From positions 120,838,001 to 120,902,000 of the forward strand of contig OX597815.1 of assembly GCA_951406725.2 (NCBI GenBank): a stretch of DNA of 64,000 nt, read 5' to 3'. The notes below the pieces were generated by a model. It saw nothing but the letters and a program-made list of their open reading frames with translations, had not been told where the DNA came from and made no database searches. The stretch comes from Octopus vulgaris (Eukaryota). This document shows positions 25,500 to 37,586 of this stretch, in pieces. The translations under genes were made by a program, and so were the position numbers. How positions within the stretch are numbered: the first letter of the stretch is position 1; every line of letters starts with the position of its first letter.

Positions 25500-25680
25500 T
25501 TTCGTTTTTGGATTTGGCTTGCAAGATTCTTTATGTGAGTTCGTGTGTTGAAGCATATTCTGTTGTGTCGGGGAGAGTCATTTTCTTTTTGTGCCTTATA
25601 ATTTAACACACTCACAGGTAAAATTTCCACTTATTTTTCTAAAATTTTCGTTGCGTCTTGCAACCTTTTCAATAGTCTTG
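25500..25680 (-). mobile_element. Short interspersed repeat with a U3-A8 hammerhead-like motif
   Basis: Homologous to 18236-18440. Minus strand 25675-25639 reads cta TTGAAAA g gttgc aagac gcaac GAAAA TTT tag. Confidence 0.5.
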
Positions 25681-26036
25681 ACTCTCTTTCCTTTCCCCAA
25701 TATATGTATCTTCCCTTCTCTTTCTCTCTCCTTCTCTTTCTGTCTCTCTTTCTATCTCTTATTTCTCTCCCTCTCTGTACACATTCATCCTCCAAACTTA
25801 GAAGCCAGTTTCTGCTCTGACCATATATTCTTTTATTCTTTTACTTGTTTCAGTCATTTGACTGTGGCCATGTTGGAGCACCACCTTTAGTTGAACAACT
25901 CAATCCCAGGAATTTTTTCTTTGTAAGCTTAGTACTTATTTTATCAGTCACTTTTGCTGAACTGCTAAGTTATGGGGATATAAACACACCAGCATCGGTT
26001 GTCAAACGATGGTGGGAAAGGAACAAACATATATAT

Positions 26037-26087
<51 letters not shown>

Positions 26088-26282
26088 GATAAGAGTATTT
26101 TTGCCTTGTTAACAATTAACGCGGAAAAAATAAATAAATAGTTACCAGGGTAGCAAAAAATCACACAAGTGGAGAGGTTGTAACTCCTTGTTTATAAAGG
26201 TAGAAACTTCGTGTTTACATGGAAGTTTTTGTATAATAAATAAATAAATAAATGAAGTTTAATGCAGGTATAAATCAAATAC

Positions 26283-26377
26283 TTTTACTTTCGACACATG
26301 TTTTGAAAATTCCACTGATATTATTCAAAAGAATAAATGGTATAAAACAATGCAATCTTCTCCTCAGGATAGTGAAA
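26283..26377 (-). ncRNA. Degenerate type I hammerhead ribozyme in the PLE 3' region
   Basis: tttcactatc CTGAGGA gaagattgca...tggaattttc AAAAC atgt GTC gaaagtaaaa. Stems I and II pair with a few mismatches. G12 is mutated to A. Confidence 0.55.
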
Positions 26378-26567
26378 AAACAAAACTCGTCAATAAAACA
26401 TTTTAGGAAAAAATGATGGATATGTATAATGATTTACTGAACGCTATTAATATTGTTTGAAAAAACGTTACATGATCTAACGTCAGAAGTAGCCTACAGA
26501 AAGAGTAGGGATAGTAATAGTGAATGTTAAATATAAAGGAAATTAATGTTTAAATTATATATAATGA

Positions 26568-28220
26568 CTAGCTTAAGGTGACCTGCTCTACGCGCGGGTA
26601 AGAGTGTGGTTGTTACTTTCCGTTGCTTCCATTCTGTTTTTTATCACCACATTCTCCCTCTTTGTTTCTCTCTCCTTTCTTTCTCACTTTCCCACCTCTT
26701 ACTCTTCCTTTCTATCGGACTCTCCCTCGCTTTCTCTTACTCTCTATCTTTCTCTATCTATCTGTCTCCCATTTATAAGCAACAAAAGATCTTGAGTAAG
26801 TTGAGAAAGAAATATTTTGAAAGATCAATCATAAATATCAGGCAGTGACAACGGAAAGGTCTGCTTCAAGGCAGACAGCAAAACACTAACATTTAGAAGG
26901 GACAGACGAACTTGCGAGCTGAATAAAGATAAAAAAATATTGGAAACCAAAGTTTGAAGGGATAGAATCTGAGGATAGTAGAGTCACCATGGCTGGTATT
27001 TCTTTACGATGGACAGCAATGTAGTGGCAGTTTAATGGCTGCCATAAATTTTGAACTTGATGTAAAAGAAAATTCCTAAACACCAAGTTTTGAAGTGATT
27101 CTTTCTCATGACAGTAGACTCACCATGGCAAGTATTCAAAACTTCCTCATCATGGACAGCAACACATTAACGATTTAAAGGCTGGCACAAATTTTTTAGC
27201 TTGATGTAACAGAGAATTCCTAAACACCCGCTCCTGTAAATTTTAATCCCCTTCCAGCCCCATTTAAACCCCTTTTCACATTTTGGTTGATATAACCCGA
27301 TTTCATTCGGGTATACGCAGGCTACATTTTATAAGATGAGGAATTTTGTCCTAGAGGTCATGCCTTGCATTTGAGGAAAAAAATAGTTGCCATGCAAACT
27401 CGCCAGCACTTTTAACATAGGTCTGCATATTTTCAGCTCAACCGACCACATAATGCACACATTATATATATTAGGAAGGGCATCCAGCTGTAGAAACACT
27501 GCCAGATCAGACTGGAGCCTGGTGCAGCCCTGGCTTCCCAGACTCCGATCGAACTGTCCAACCCGTGCTAGCGCAGAAAACGGACGTTAAACGATGATGA
27601 TGATGATGTGTGTGTGTGTGTGTACGCATTATATATACAAATGTATACAAATTATATATATATATATAAATACAGATATATACACTTTGTATATATACAT
27701 TATATATACATATTTATATATAGAACACACACACATATATATAAATTAACCCAATAAATATCTTATTCATAATATTTGTTCTCATGATTGTGCTGTGGTG
27801 GTGGCGATAATAAAACTGTCTATGAATGCAGACAGACATACAGAGAGAGAGAGAGAGAGAGGGAGGGAGGGAGGCGGTGGGGGGAAAGAGGGACAGCGCT
27901 GGTGAAGGCGGCAGGGGGAAAGATAGTAGTATCTGTCAAACGTCGTTATAAAGAGAAAGAGATGGGAAGGGAGGAAAGAGAGAGACATGGAGGAAGACAT
28001 GCAGATAATAGAATGAGAGTAGACTTGTCAAAGTGTGCGTTTTTTGCCCTAGTAACGACACCTTTTAAGACAGGGATTTCTAACCTAGCCTACTGACATC
28101 CTCACCTCATTTTACATGTCCCTGTAAATTTTGGAGTCAATTCGACGAGATCTAGTGCCCTTTAACTCGTTCCAATGCCAAAACCAGACAAACAAACTTT
28201 TCGCATTTCAGATTTATAGA
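26568..28220 (-). mobile_element. Non-autonomous Helitron
   Basis: Minus strand starts A|TCTATAAATC and ends with the hairpin acccgcgcgtagagcaggt, then CTAG|T. No TSD. Contains an internal ~120-bp duplication (26975-27085 / 27113-27230) and a nested SINE. Confidence 0.75.
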
Positions 28221-28570
28221 TATTGATAGAAATTACTTATATGCACTAAAGGTGTTTTTTTGCCAATGTTTACATCGGTAAGCACGCTCTATAACAGTGT
28301 TTACTAGGGGATTTTTAGAAGAAAATAATGAAAAATAGTTCAGAATTACAGGGAAGACAGAATTTCTTGTCTTTGTCATAAGGTATCGAGATTGAGAGAA
28401 TCAACCATTCTAAATTAAATTGTTCATTGTGGTCTTTTAGATCCCAAATTAGTTTGCTGAGACCGGTACTATTACATTTATTTCTATCTCTAAATGTTGA
28501 GTAATGGATAGAAATTCTTTTAGATAACTCTAATGATATGCTTCCAATGTAGAATTGTACTTTATTCCAA

Positions 28571-28613
<43 letters not shown>

Positions 28614-28710
28614 ATCCAAAATGAAGACAATAAGAGAAAACACAACAACGCAAAGATGTGGAACAAGTATAGTGTTATTGGATGCTCAGGAAAGGAAAGA
28701 AAGAAAGAGG

Positions 28711-28745
28711 ATTTAACGTTTCAAGTGGACCTCTTCATCAGAAAC
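28711..28745 (-). ncRNA. Minimal type I hammerhead ribozyme motif within element 28609-28815
   Basis: gttt CTGATGA a gag gtcca ctt GAAAC GTT aaat. Stem III is reduced to the palindrome AACGTT. Confidence 0.55.
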
Positions 28746-28869
28746 ACAGGAAAAGGAAAGATCCAAGGAAGGAAAGACGGAGGAAAAAAATCGCCAACGA
28801 TACACACGCGGTCACATATTGAATCAACTCACGAACTCACATATATATTATGTATATATATATATTATG

Positions 28870-28916
<47 letters not shown>

Positions 28917-29334
28917 GATGGGCTTCTTTCAGTTTCCATCTACCACTGACAAGGATTTGGTCACCCTGAGGCTATAGTAGAAGACACCTGCCCAAGGTGC
29001 CATGCTATGGGACTGAACCCGGAACCATGTGGTGGGTTAGCAAGCTACATACTACACAGCCACTCCTGTGGTGCCAAAGTATATGCATATATGTGCAGGG
29101 TGTTTGTGAGATTGTATCTCCTTGTCTTGATATTATGCAATAGATGTATGATGAGCATCATCTCCATACAAGTAGTGCCCTCCATTTCCAGTCTTCAGTA
29201 AAAACATATGCAGAAATATTCCCAGACTTGGAAACAGGGGAGAATTGGCAACAGGAAGGGTATACAGCTGTAGAAAATCTGCCTCAACAAAGTCCACCTG
29301 ACCCATGCAAGCAGAGAAAAGTAGACGTTAAAGG

Positions 29335-29627
29335 ATGATGACAATCACGACGACAACGACAATGATGATGATGATGTTTGATGATAGTGATGATGATGAT
29401 GATGATGATGACCCTGAAGATGACAATGATGACAATGATAATAATGATGATGATCTTGATGATGACAACAATGATGATGATGTTGAAGTTGATAATGATG
29501 ACGACAACAACGATGACAACAACAATGATGATGATCATGATGATCATGATGATGACAATTATGATGATGATGATGATGTTGATGATGATGATGACAATGA
29601 TGATGATGACAATGATGATAATGATGG
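29335..29627. repeat. Degenerate (GAT/GAC/AAT)n microsatellite
   Basis: Seen directly. It produces the spurious poly-D and poly-M ORFs. Confidence 0.95.
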
Positions 29628-30367
29628 TATTAAGCTTGATTAAGCTTTTGTTGATATTGTCATACTTGTATGATATTTTACTTCAATATATTTTACTTCA
29701 CCACACGTATACATCAGATACATCAGTTTTTAAATGTCGTTTTTTTTTATGATTCCAATATTAAGGATTTCTGTAGAAATTCTCTGCATGCTATCTCTCT
29801 TTTAATACCGATATACTGTTTCTTTCTCTCTCTCCCAAGGACACTTTATACATTCAATTTATCATTTTTCCTCAATACAAGTAATCCTCCATCCTATATA
29901 CAAATATCTGTGGATTTCAGTTGAACTTCGACACAGTCCCTACCCACTGCCTATACAAATCCAAGCATGTTATTCCACTCTAAAGCACAAATATACAATG
30001 AGTTATCTAACAGAATACATGCAACTTTCTACTGCATTTGGCAAATTGTAGACCTGAACATGGCATTGTCAAGGAAGGAATAAAAACAGAAAAAAGAAAA
30101 AACACAAATGAAAACTGTACAAAGTGTGCTTCTGTATTCAGCCAAAACTCACAATGTCATAAGCATATTGACAAACTGATTTACATCCAGTTAAGACTCC
30201 TAAAACCAATATCAAATGTGATGTCGGAATCCCTGAGATTAAAATATTCTTTTATTCTTCTATTCTTTTACTTGTTTCACAGTTATTGGACAGTGGTCAT
30301 AATGAGGCACCACCTTCAAGAATTTAATCAAACAAACTGACTCCAGTTCTTATTCATTTATTTGTTT

Positions 30368-30386
30368 TATTATTATTATTATTATT

Positions 30387-30437
<51 letters not shown>

Positions 30438-30442
30438 GTCAG

Positions 30443-30484
<42 letters not shown>

Positions 30485-30485
30485 T
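30368..30485. repeat. (ATT)n-(CAT)n compound microsatellite
   Basis: Seen directly. Confidence 0.95.
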
Positions 30486-31024
30486 GTGACAGTGGAATGT
30501 TAAAAGCACATCCGAGTGTGATCGTTGCCAGGGCCATGGATTGGCTCCCATGCCACTGGCATGTCAAAAGCACCATTTGAGCAAGATCATTACCAGTGTC
30601 ACCTTACCGGCACAGGTGCTGGTGTCACGTGAAAAACAACATTCAAGCGTGGTCATTGCCAGTGCTGCCGGACTGGCTCCCATGCAGGTAGCACAAAAGA
30701 AACACCTTTTGAGTGTGGCCGTTGCCAGAACTGCCTGACAGGCCCTCATTCTGGTGGCATGTAAAATCACCTACTACACTCTTGGAATGGTTGGCATTAG
30801 GAAGGGCATCCAGCTGTAGAAACTTTGCCAGATCAGATTGAACCTGGTGCAGCACATAAGCACCAGTACACATAGACACATACTCACACACACACACACA
30901 CACACATAAATACATACCTATGCATATATGCGTGTGTGTGTTATAATTTACTTTTCACCAAACTCACAGTCCTCAGTCAAACCATCCAACCCATGCCAGC
31001 ATGGAAAGCTGACGTTAAACGATG

Positions 31025-31063
<39 letters not shown>

Positions 31064-31084
31064 TATATTATTATTATTATTATA

Positions 31085-31451
31085 TTTCCTTCTTTTAACA
31101 AATTTTCTTCCATTTCTCACCGAGTGTTTTCCATACACCCAGGGCAGAGAAGCTCATTGTATGCATTCCCAGATTACACATGCAAATTCACAGATAGAAT
31201 ATGTATTTAAAAATTAATAAATAAATAAATTCATGGATAGATGTTGTTTTCACAGCGATAATGCTCTTCTCAGTACATGAGCCATTCCAGTTAATACGAT
31301 TTTTTGCACTTCCTGTAGGGATGGTAAGCCTGGAATCATTTTCAAATAGGTTCAGTACTTTTTTTTTATCATTCCTAGAGATCCTACAATCACTGGTACT
31401 GTAGTCGCCTTGAGATGCCACATTTTTTCAATTTCTATTAGCATGTCTTTA
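31085..31451 (-). mobile_element. 3' part of an R4/Dong-type LINE, distal to the Helitron insertion
   Basis: KDMLIEIEKMWHLKATTVPVIVGSLGMIKK, then after a frameshift YLKMIPGLPSLQEVQKIVLTGMAHVLRRALSL*, followed by the 3' UTR and (AAT)n. Confidence 0.9.
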
Positions 31452-32478
31452 TCTCTCTATATATAAACGGCAGTTTGTCTGTGCGTGCTTCTGTGTGTCT
31501 GTTTTCTCGTACCCTCACCCTGACCACGGCTTTCAACCGATTCTGATGAAACTTGACACACACATAGCCCAATGTCATAATTCAAAACTAACGCAGCGAA
31601 AATTTTGAAAAGTTCCCCCAGTTCTGAAAAAAATTGATAAATTCGACATGGGGTCGAGAACCATAAACACGAACCACAGACTGTCTAGGGGACGCAACTC
31701 GAGAATCTAAGCTTTTTTTATGCAACGCATTATCTATGGTAGTTTTCACAACTTGCAATCGATTTTCACCAAACTCATGGTGAAGCTTAATGTTACCCTA
31801 AGAAACTCAATTCTGACGTTAGTTTTCCATGCAATACCTTACCATCAGAAACAATCGATAAAATCATGCCATTTTGGGAAATCGCGTTCAAATTCAAGAT
31901 GACATATTTTCGACAATATCTTTCACAAATTGGCAGGAATCTTTTTTTTTTCACAACGAGCATCGTCTGCTCCAAGGAGCTATATAGCCCTTCTTATTCC
32001 AATAGGATACATTATTGGAAAAAATCGGTTAATTTAATCATATGTGGCACACATAGCAAACAAATTTGTGTATTAAACACAAACCAGACTGTCTAGGGGA
32101 CGCAACTTGACCTTTTTAGCTATCGATAATTCGATCCAACCAATTCCTACCAGGAAGAAATTACATTCGAGACTTTACCCCCAACACCGCCACTTCTGCT
32201 AATAGCTGCTGCAGCCGCAAGTTATTCGAATACTTTTTTTGTTTAAACTTTCTTTATAACTACCACCCCAAACGTTTTACCTTCAATTTTTGACGTACCC
32301 TAACGGTCCTCGGACGCTACTTGCAAACTCTTGGTTTATTATAAACCACTTTTGTCGTGTGCATCAAAAAACTTTTCCTTTCGTTTGTTCAGTTTGATCA
32401 CTTTTGACTTTTTCGTTGTTGTCACTCACATTGCTGCCAGCTTTTTGGCCGTTTTTGTACATTTTTATACATTTTCGG

Positions 32479-32600
32479 ATACTTACCCCACGAGCTCCTT
32501 TTTATTACACCTTTACCAAACACATTGCTATCCACCAAAATACTTACCCCACGTGTTCCTTTTTATTATACCTTTGCCAAACACATTGCTATCCACCAAA
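32479..32600 (+). repeat. 2 x 61-bp tandem repeat directly before the Helitron start codon
   Basis: atacttaccccacg...cacattgctatccaccaaa at 32479 and 32540, followed by ATG at 32601. Confidence 0.9.
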
Positions 32601-35600
32601 ATGCCACCCAAGAAGAGAAGGACCCTCCTCAGCCCTCGGACGGCCAAGGCATCGGCTGCTAGGGCTAGAAGGGCACGCGAGACCCACGAGGAAACCGCCT
32701 TGCGCCTCTCGCAAATAGCTTCCCGTTATGCCGCTGCTCAGGCATCTGAAACTACTAGCGACCGTTCTACCCGACTTGCAAGGGTCGCAGCGTACAGATC
32801 TTCCCTCCGCTCGAGGTTGACGAAAGAACAACAGTCCAGCCAAAACATGCGGGCTTCTTACTGTGCTTCCATCCGCAGAGCTCGCGAGAACCCCGAACAA
32901 AGGGCCATTCGGAATGCGGCTAACGCCACTAGCACCGCCAGGACACGATCTGTCGAAACCTCACAGCAGAGGAGAACTCGCCAAGATGCTGACGCCGCAA
33001 ACAAAGCCATGGCCAAAGCTGCCGAAACACCTCAACAGAGGAGAGCTCGCCAAGCTGCTAACGCCGCAAACACAGCCAGGGCTCGATCTGCCGAAACTCC
33101 ACACCAACGGACTATTCGGACATCCAGACATGCCATTAACACTGCTTCTGCTAGGGCTTCAGAGGGTGCTGAGGCGAGAGCTGAAAGGCTTTCAAGGGAT
33201 GCCACTGCTACCGCTGTCGCACGTGCATCTGAATCTGCTGAGGCACGGTGCACTCGACTTGAGAGTATCAACAAACGTCGGGATATCATTCGTGGTGTAC
33301 GTACCCCTGCCCCCGCTTTCTGGTTGTCACTAGCATTCAACTACGACGCCACCATTAACGTCTCCTTGCGTGACGACATCAAGATAGGGTCAATGACAAT
33401 TGTATGCCAGTTTTGCAAAGCCAAGAAATGGCCCGGAGAGCCACCTGGTTTGTGCTGCTCTGGTGGCAAAGTGGACCTGCCACCCCTACGGGAACCACCT
33501 CAACCACTGAAGGATCTCGCGGCGGGTTTAACCCCCGATTCGTCACAATTCCTTGAAATAATTCGAAAGTACAACTGCTCATTCCAAATGACCTCTTTCG
33601 GGGCCAAAATTCCTCCCAGAGAAGGCTGGATGCCTACTTTCAAAGTGCAGGGACAGGTCTATCATCTTATCGGGTCACTTCTGCCAGACGAGATTCAGCA
33701 GTCTTCTTTCCTCCAAATATACTTCATTGCCGACTACAACCACCAGGTTGATGCACGCCTTGGAATAATACCGGGTACAAGCTATGTTCCCCGCAAAGAC
33801 ATTCTTCTCCGTCTCCAAACCATGCTTCATGATATCAACAGCTACGTCTGCAGCTTCAGATATGCCTTGGACAGTGCTCCATCTCCAAACTTCACCGTTG
33901 TCATTGATGCTGATAAACGACCCCACGGGGAGCACGAACGCCGTTTCAACGCACCTGCGTGCAACGAAATTGCCGCAGTCATACACGGAGACAACACAAC
34001 AGCCGTGACATAATCATCTCCTCCCGTGGTAACAACCTACACAGGATCAGCGAGACTCACAGATCTTATGACGCGCTTCAGTATCCATTGCTTTTCCCTT
34101 ATGGGGAAGACGGCTACCACTTCGGAATTCCTTTACGGCAGCCCTCCAATCAAACTACTGCGGCATCAAAGACGGTTTCCTGCAGGGCGTTCTACTCATA
34201 CCGGTTCATGGTCAGGGAGGGTGAGTTCAACTTATTGCCCCGTTGTCGTCAGCTATTCAACCAGTTCGCCGTCGACATGGCCGCAAAAATGGAATCGGAA
34301 AGGCTGCTATACATTAAACTTAATCAGACCAAACTTCGCTCCGACTCCTACATTCATCTCCGTGACGGTTTGCAACAAGAAAATGACCCTCGCAACATTG
34401 GCAAGCCATGCATTCTACCCTCCACCTTCACGGGAGGACCGCGATATATGCGTGAAAGGACCCAAGACGCCTTGACCTACGTGCGCATTTACGGCCGGCC
34501 GGACCTCTTTATCACCTACACGTGCAATCCCAGCTGCGACGAAATCACTCGCGAACTCCTCCCGGGTCAATCTCACACCCATCGACACGACATCGTTGCT
34601 AGGGTTTTCCGTCTGAATTTGGGCAAAATGAAGGATTTGATAGTTAAGGGTCAGATTTTCGGGCATGTCAGGTGCCACATGTTTTCGGTCGAGTGGCAAA
34701 AGAGGGGCTTGCCACATGCTCACATCTTAATTTGGCTCACTCATAAAATCGAGACTAATGACATTGACAAATTCATTTCCGCCGAGATTCCTGACCCCGA
34801 TGAGGACCCCGGACTCTACGAAATTGTCCGCACTACCATGGTACACGGGCCCTGTGGACCAAATTACGCCAATACACCATGCTACAAAAACGGATTAGCC
34901 TGCTCAAAGGGATTCCCTAAACGGTTCACTTTGGAGACTCAAACAGGCGGCGATGGGTATCCGCTGTACAAACGAAGGAGTCCAGCTAATGGAGGCCGCA
35001 CGATTACGGTTGGGCGACATCAAGTGGACAACAGCTACATTGTCCCCTACTGTCCTCTCCTGTCGAAGATATTCAAAGCCCACGTCAACGTTGAGTTCTG
35101 CAGCTCCATCAGGTCAATACAATATGTCTGCAAATATATCAACAAAGGCAGCGATGCTGCCATGTTCAGCATCCAGAGGACCACCAGTCGCGACGAAGTG
35201 TCCAACTACTTGGCTGGCCGGTACCTCAGCAGCAACGAAGCGTTTTGGCGCATTTACGGCTTCCCGCTCCATCAGAGACACCCGGCTGTGGTGCAGCTTG
35301 CTGTACACTTGGAAAATGGACAGCGGATTTACTTCACAGAGCAAAGTGCTGTGCAGATAGCCACCAGCCCTAAAGACAAAACGTTGACTGGTTTCTTCAA
35401 ATTATGCCAACGTGATGACTTCGCTCGAACGCTTTTGTACCCACAGGTCCCATCGTACTTCGTGTGGTCTAAAAACACCTGGGTTCGACGGAAATCCGGC
35501 AAAAACGTCGAAAGCTTCCCAGGCGTCAAGTTTGACTCCTGCCTGGGTCGAGTTTACAACATCCCGCCAAACCAGCAAGAATGCTTCTACCTCCGTCTCC

Positions 35601-37464
35601 TTCTACATGAGGTCACTGGTCCAACAGGTTTCGCCAATATACGTACCGTCAATGGGGTTCTGTGCGACACCTTCAGGGAAGCATGTATGAGACTTGGCCT
35701 TCTAGAGGATGACTCCCAGTGGGACGCCACGATGGCAGAGGGTGCTTTACTGCAAACGCATTCGGCCCTACGACATCTTTTCACAATCCTTCTTCAAAAA
35801 TGTCAGCTTAGTGATCCACTAAGTCTCTGGATGAAATACAGGGATGACATGTCGCACGACTTCTTACGTACGGCTCAGCAACACTGCCCTTCCGCCGAGA
35901 TCACGTTCACCAACTTCATTTACAATTTTGCGCTCATTCAACTCGAAGACGCTGTCATCGATATGGGTGGGTCTGCTTTAACAGAGTACGGCCTTCCACC
36001 ACCCACACGTGAACACGCCAATGTTATGTCTGCTGAATTGTTACGCGAAACTTCCTACTGCATTGAGGAACTGCACCAGTACGTCCAAGATAATGAACCA
36101 CGGCTGCTTCCAGACCAGCGCATAGCCTACAACACCATCGTAGACTCTGTCAGACAGCAACGTGGGGGGATTTTCTTCCTTGATGCACCCGGCGGCACTG
36201 GCAAAACCTTCGTCACTAAACTAATTCTGGCAGAGGTCAGACGCAACACGGACATTGCCCTGGCTGTAGCTTCCTCTGGTATCGCGGCCACGTTGCTTCC
36301 GGGTGGCAGAACCGCCCACTCTGCCTTCATACTCCCGCTCGATCTGGCAAAGTCCGAGTCACCTATCTGCAACATCGCCAAGAACAGGCCGACATTCTGC
36401 GCAGATGCAAACTCATCGTATGGGACGAGTGCACTATGGCACTAAAAGGCGCCCTTGAGGCACTGGACAGGTCCCTGCAAGACATCAGAGACTCTACGGC
36501 CCCCATGAGACGATTAACTTTACTTCTTTCAGGAGGCTTCAGGCAGACTCTACCTGTTATTCCAAAAGGAACCCGTGCCGATGCCGTGCGCGCGTGCCTT
36601 AAGTCGTCAGCTCTTTGGGCACATGTGCGGCCCTTGCACCTCCAAACTAACATGCGCGCGCAGTTAATTGGTGACAGCGGATCCGCTGCATTCTCCAGGG
36701 ACCTCTTATCGCTCGGTGAAAATAGGATGCTGTCTGATGCGGATGGCTACGTTCAATTGGACTCACTTTGCACCATTGTCGACACCCCTGCTAGCCTTCG
36801 GGACGCTGTCTTCCACGACCTACAAAACAATTTACGCGACCTAAAATGGCTGGCAGGCAGAGCTATTCTCGCACCCAAAAATACAACCGTCAACTCCATC
36901 AATATCCAGCTACTTGAAGCTATTCCTGGTGATGTCCACGTCTACAAATCTATAGATAGGACAGCAGACCCCGCCCAGCTTGCCGATTATCCTGTTGAAT
37001 TCCTGAATTCACTTGAACCGCCAGGCCTGCCACCACACATCCTGAAGTTAAATGTCGGTGCGCCCATTATGCTCATCAGGAATTTGGTTCCACCTAAACA
37101 GTGCAACGGCACACGTTTGGTTGTGAAACATTTGGCACCACATTTAATAACGGTCACAATACTTACCGGTTGCGGGAAGGGAGAGGACGTCTTCATTCCA
37201 CGGATGCACCTTCAACCGTCGGGCGCTGACCTACCAATCCACTTCAGGCGTTCTCAGTTTCCTGTTAAACTCTGCTTCGCAATGTCCATCAATAAATCCC
37301 AAGGCCAAACGCTACAAGTCGCTGGGTTACATTTGGGCGAACAGTGCTTCGCCCACGGTCAACTCTACGTGGGCTGTTCACGCGTTGGGAGGCGCAATGA
37401 TGTTTTCATGTTTTCGCCCAAACGGACAGCTAGGAACATCGTATATACAGAAGTATTCCAGTGA
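32601..37464 (+). pseudogene. Helitron Rep/Helicase (STPR repeats, Zn-finger-like motif, HUH-Y2 Rep, PIF1-family SF1 helicase), intronless, with frameshifts at ~33990 and ~36385
   Basis: Starts MPPKKRR, then CQFC...LCC. Rep motifs PDLFITYTCNP, VEWQKRGLPHAHIL, YVCKYINKG. Helicase motifs LDAPGGTGKT, ASSGIAATLLPGGRTAHS, LIVWDEC (shifted frame), GGFRQ, FAMSINKSQGQTL, HGQLYVGCSRV. Spread across ORFs 32331-34013, 33959-36445 and 36436-37464. Confidence 0.93.
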
Positions 37465-37586
37465 AGACAAGACATTGCAACGTCCACATGCACCTTCGTT
37501 CCCTGGAGGGAAAGGACTACATTGGGATTAGTCGTTGCCTACTAGGGGCTCTTACATACCCGGGCAACGCCGGGCTATGCTGCTAG

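Larger units (their letters stand above)
26085..28570 (-). mobile_element. 3' fragment of a Neptune-like PLE (GIY-YIG C-terminal half plus 3' pLTR), split by a non-autonomous Helitron
   Basis: 28570-28234 translates FYIGSISLELSKRISIHYSTF...NSTGLSKLIWDLKD...EWLIL...Y....FCLPCNSELFFI, then in another frame LVNTVIERAYRCKH. The UTR resumes at 26567 and holds a hammerhead-like motif. (TA)n at both ends. Confidence 0.75.
31452..37586 (+). mobile_element. Near-complete autonomous-type Helitron (6135 bp)
   Basis: 5' A|TCTCTCTATATATAAA. 3' hairpin cccgggcaacgccggg (37559-37574) followed by CTAG|T. No TSD. Encodes Rep/Helicase. Confidence 0.95.

Noticed and set aside
29284-29752. Poly-Asp, poly-Met and poly-Ile ORFs, and likewise the poly-His, YI, HT and CV ORFs throughout
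   Set aside because: They are translations of (GAT)n, (AAT)n, (TA)n and (CA)n microsatellites.
31538-31555. ctgatgaaac in the Helitron 5' end as a hammerhead core
   Set aside because: There is no stem II between CTGATGA and a separate GAAA. It is part of the Helitron/Helentron terminal motif.
32331-32600. 90-aa N-terminal extension of the Helitron ORF
   Set aside because: It starts at TTG and runs through a 61-bp tandem repeat. The ATG at 32601 (MPPKKRR) is the more plausible start.
33980-36440. Programmed frameshifting or introns linking the three Helitron ORFs
   Set aside because: No slippery heptamer or GT-AG intron fits. Small deletions explain both breaks.
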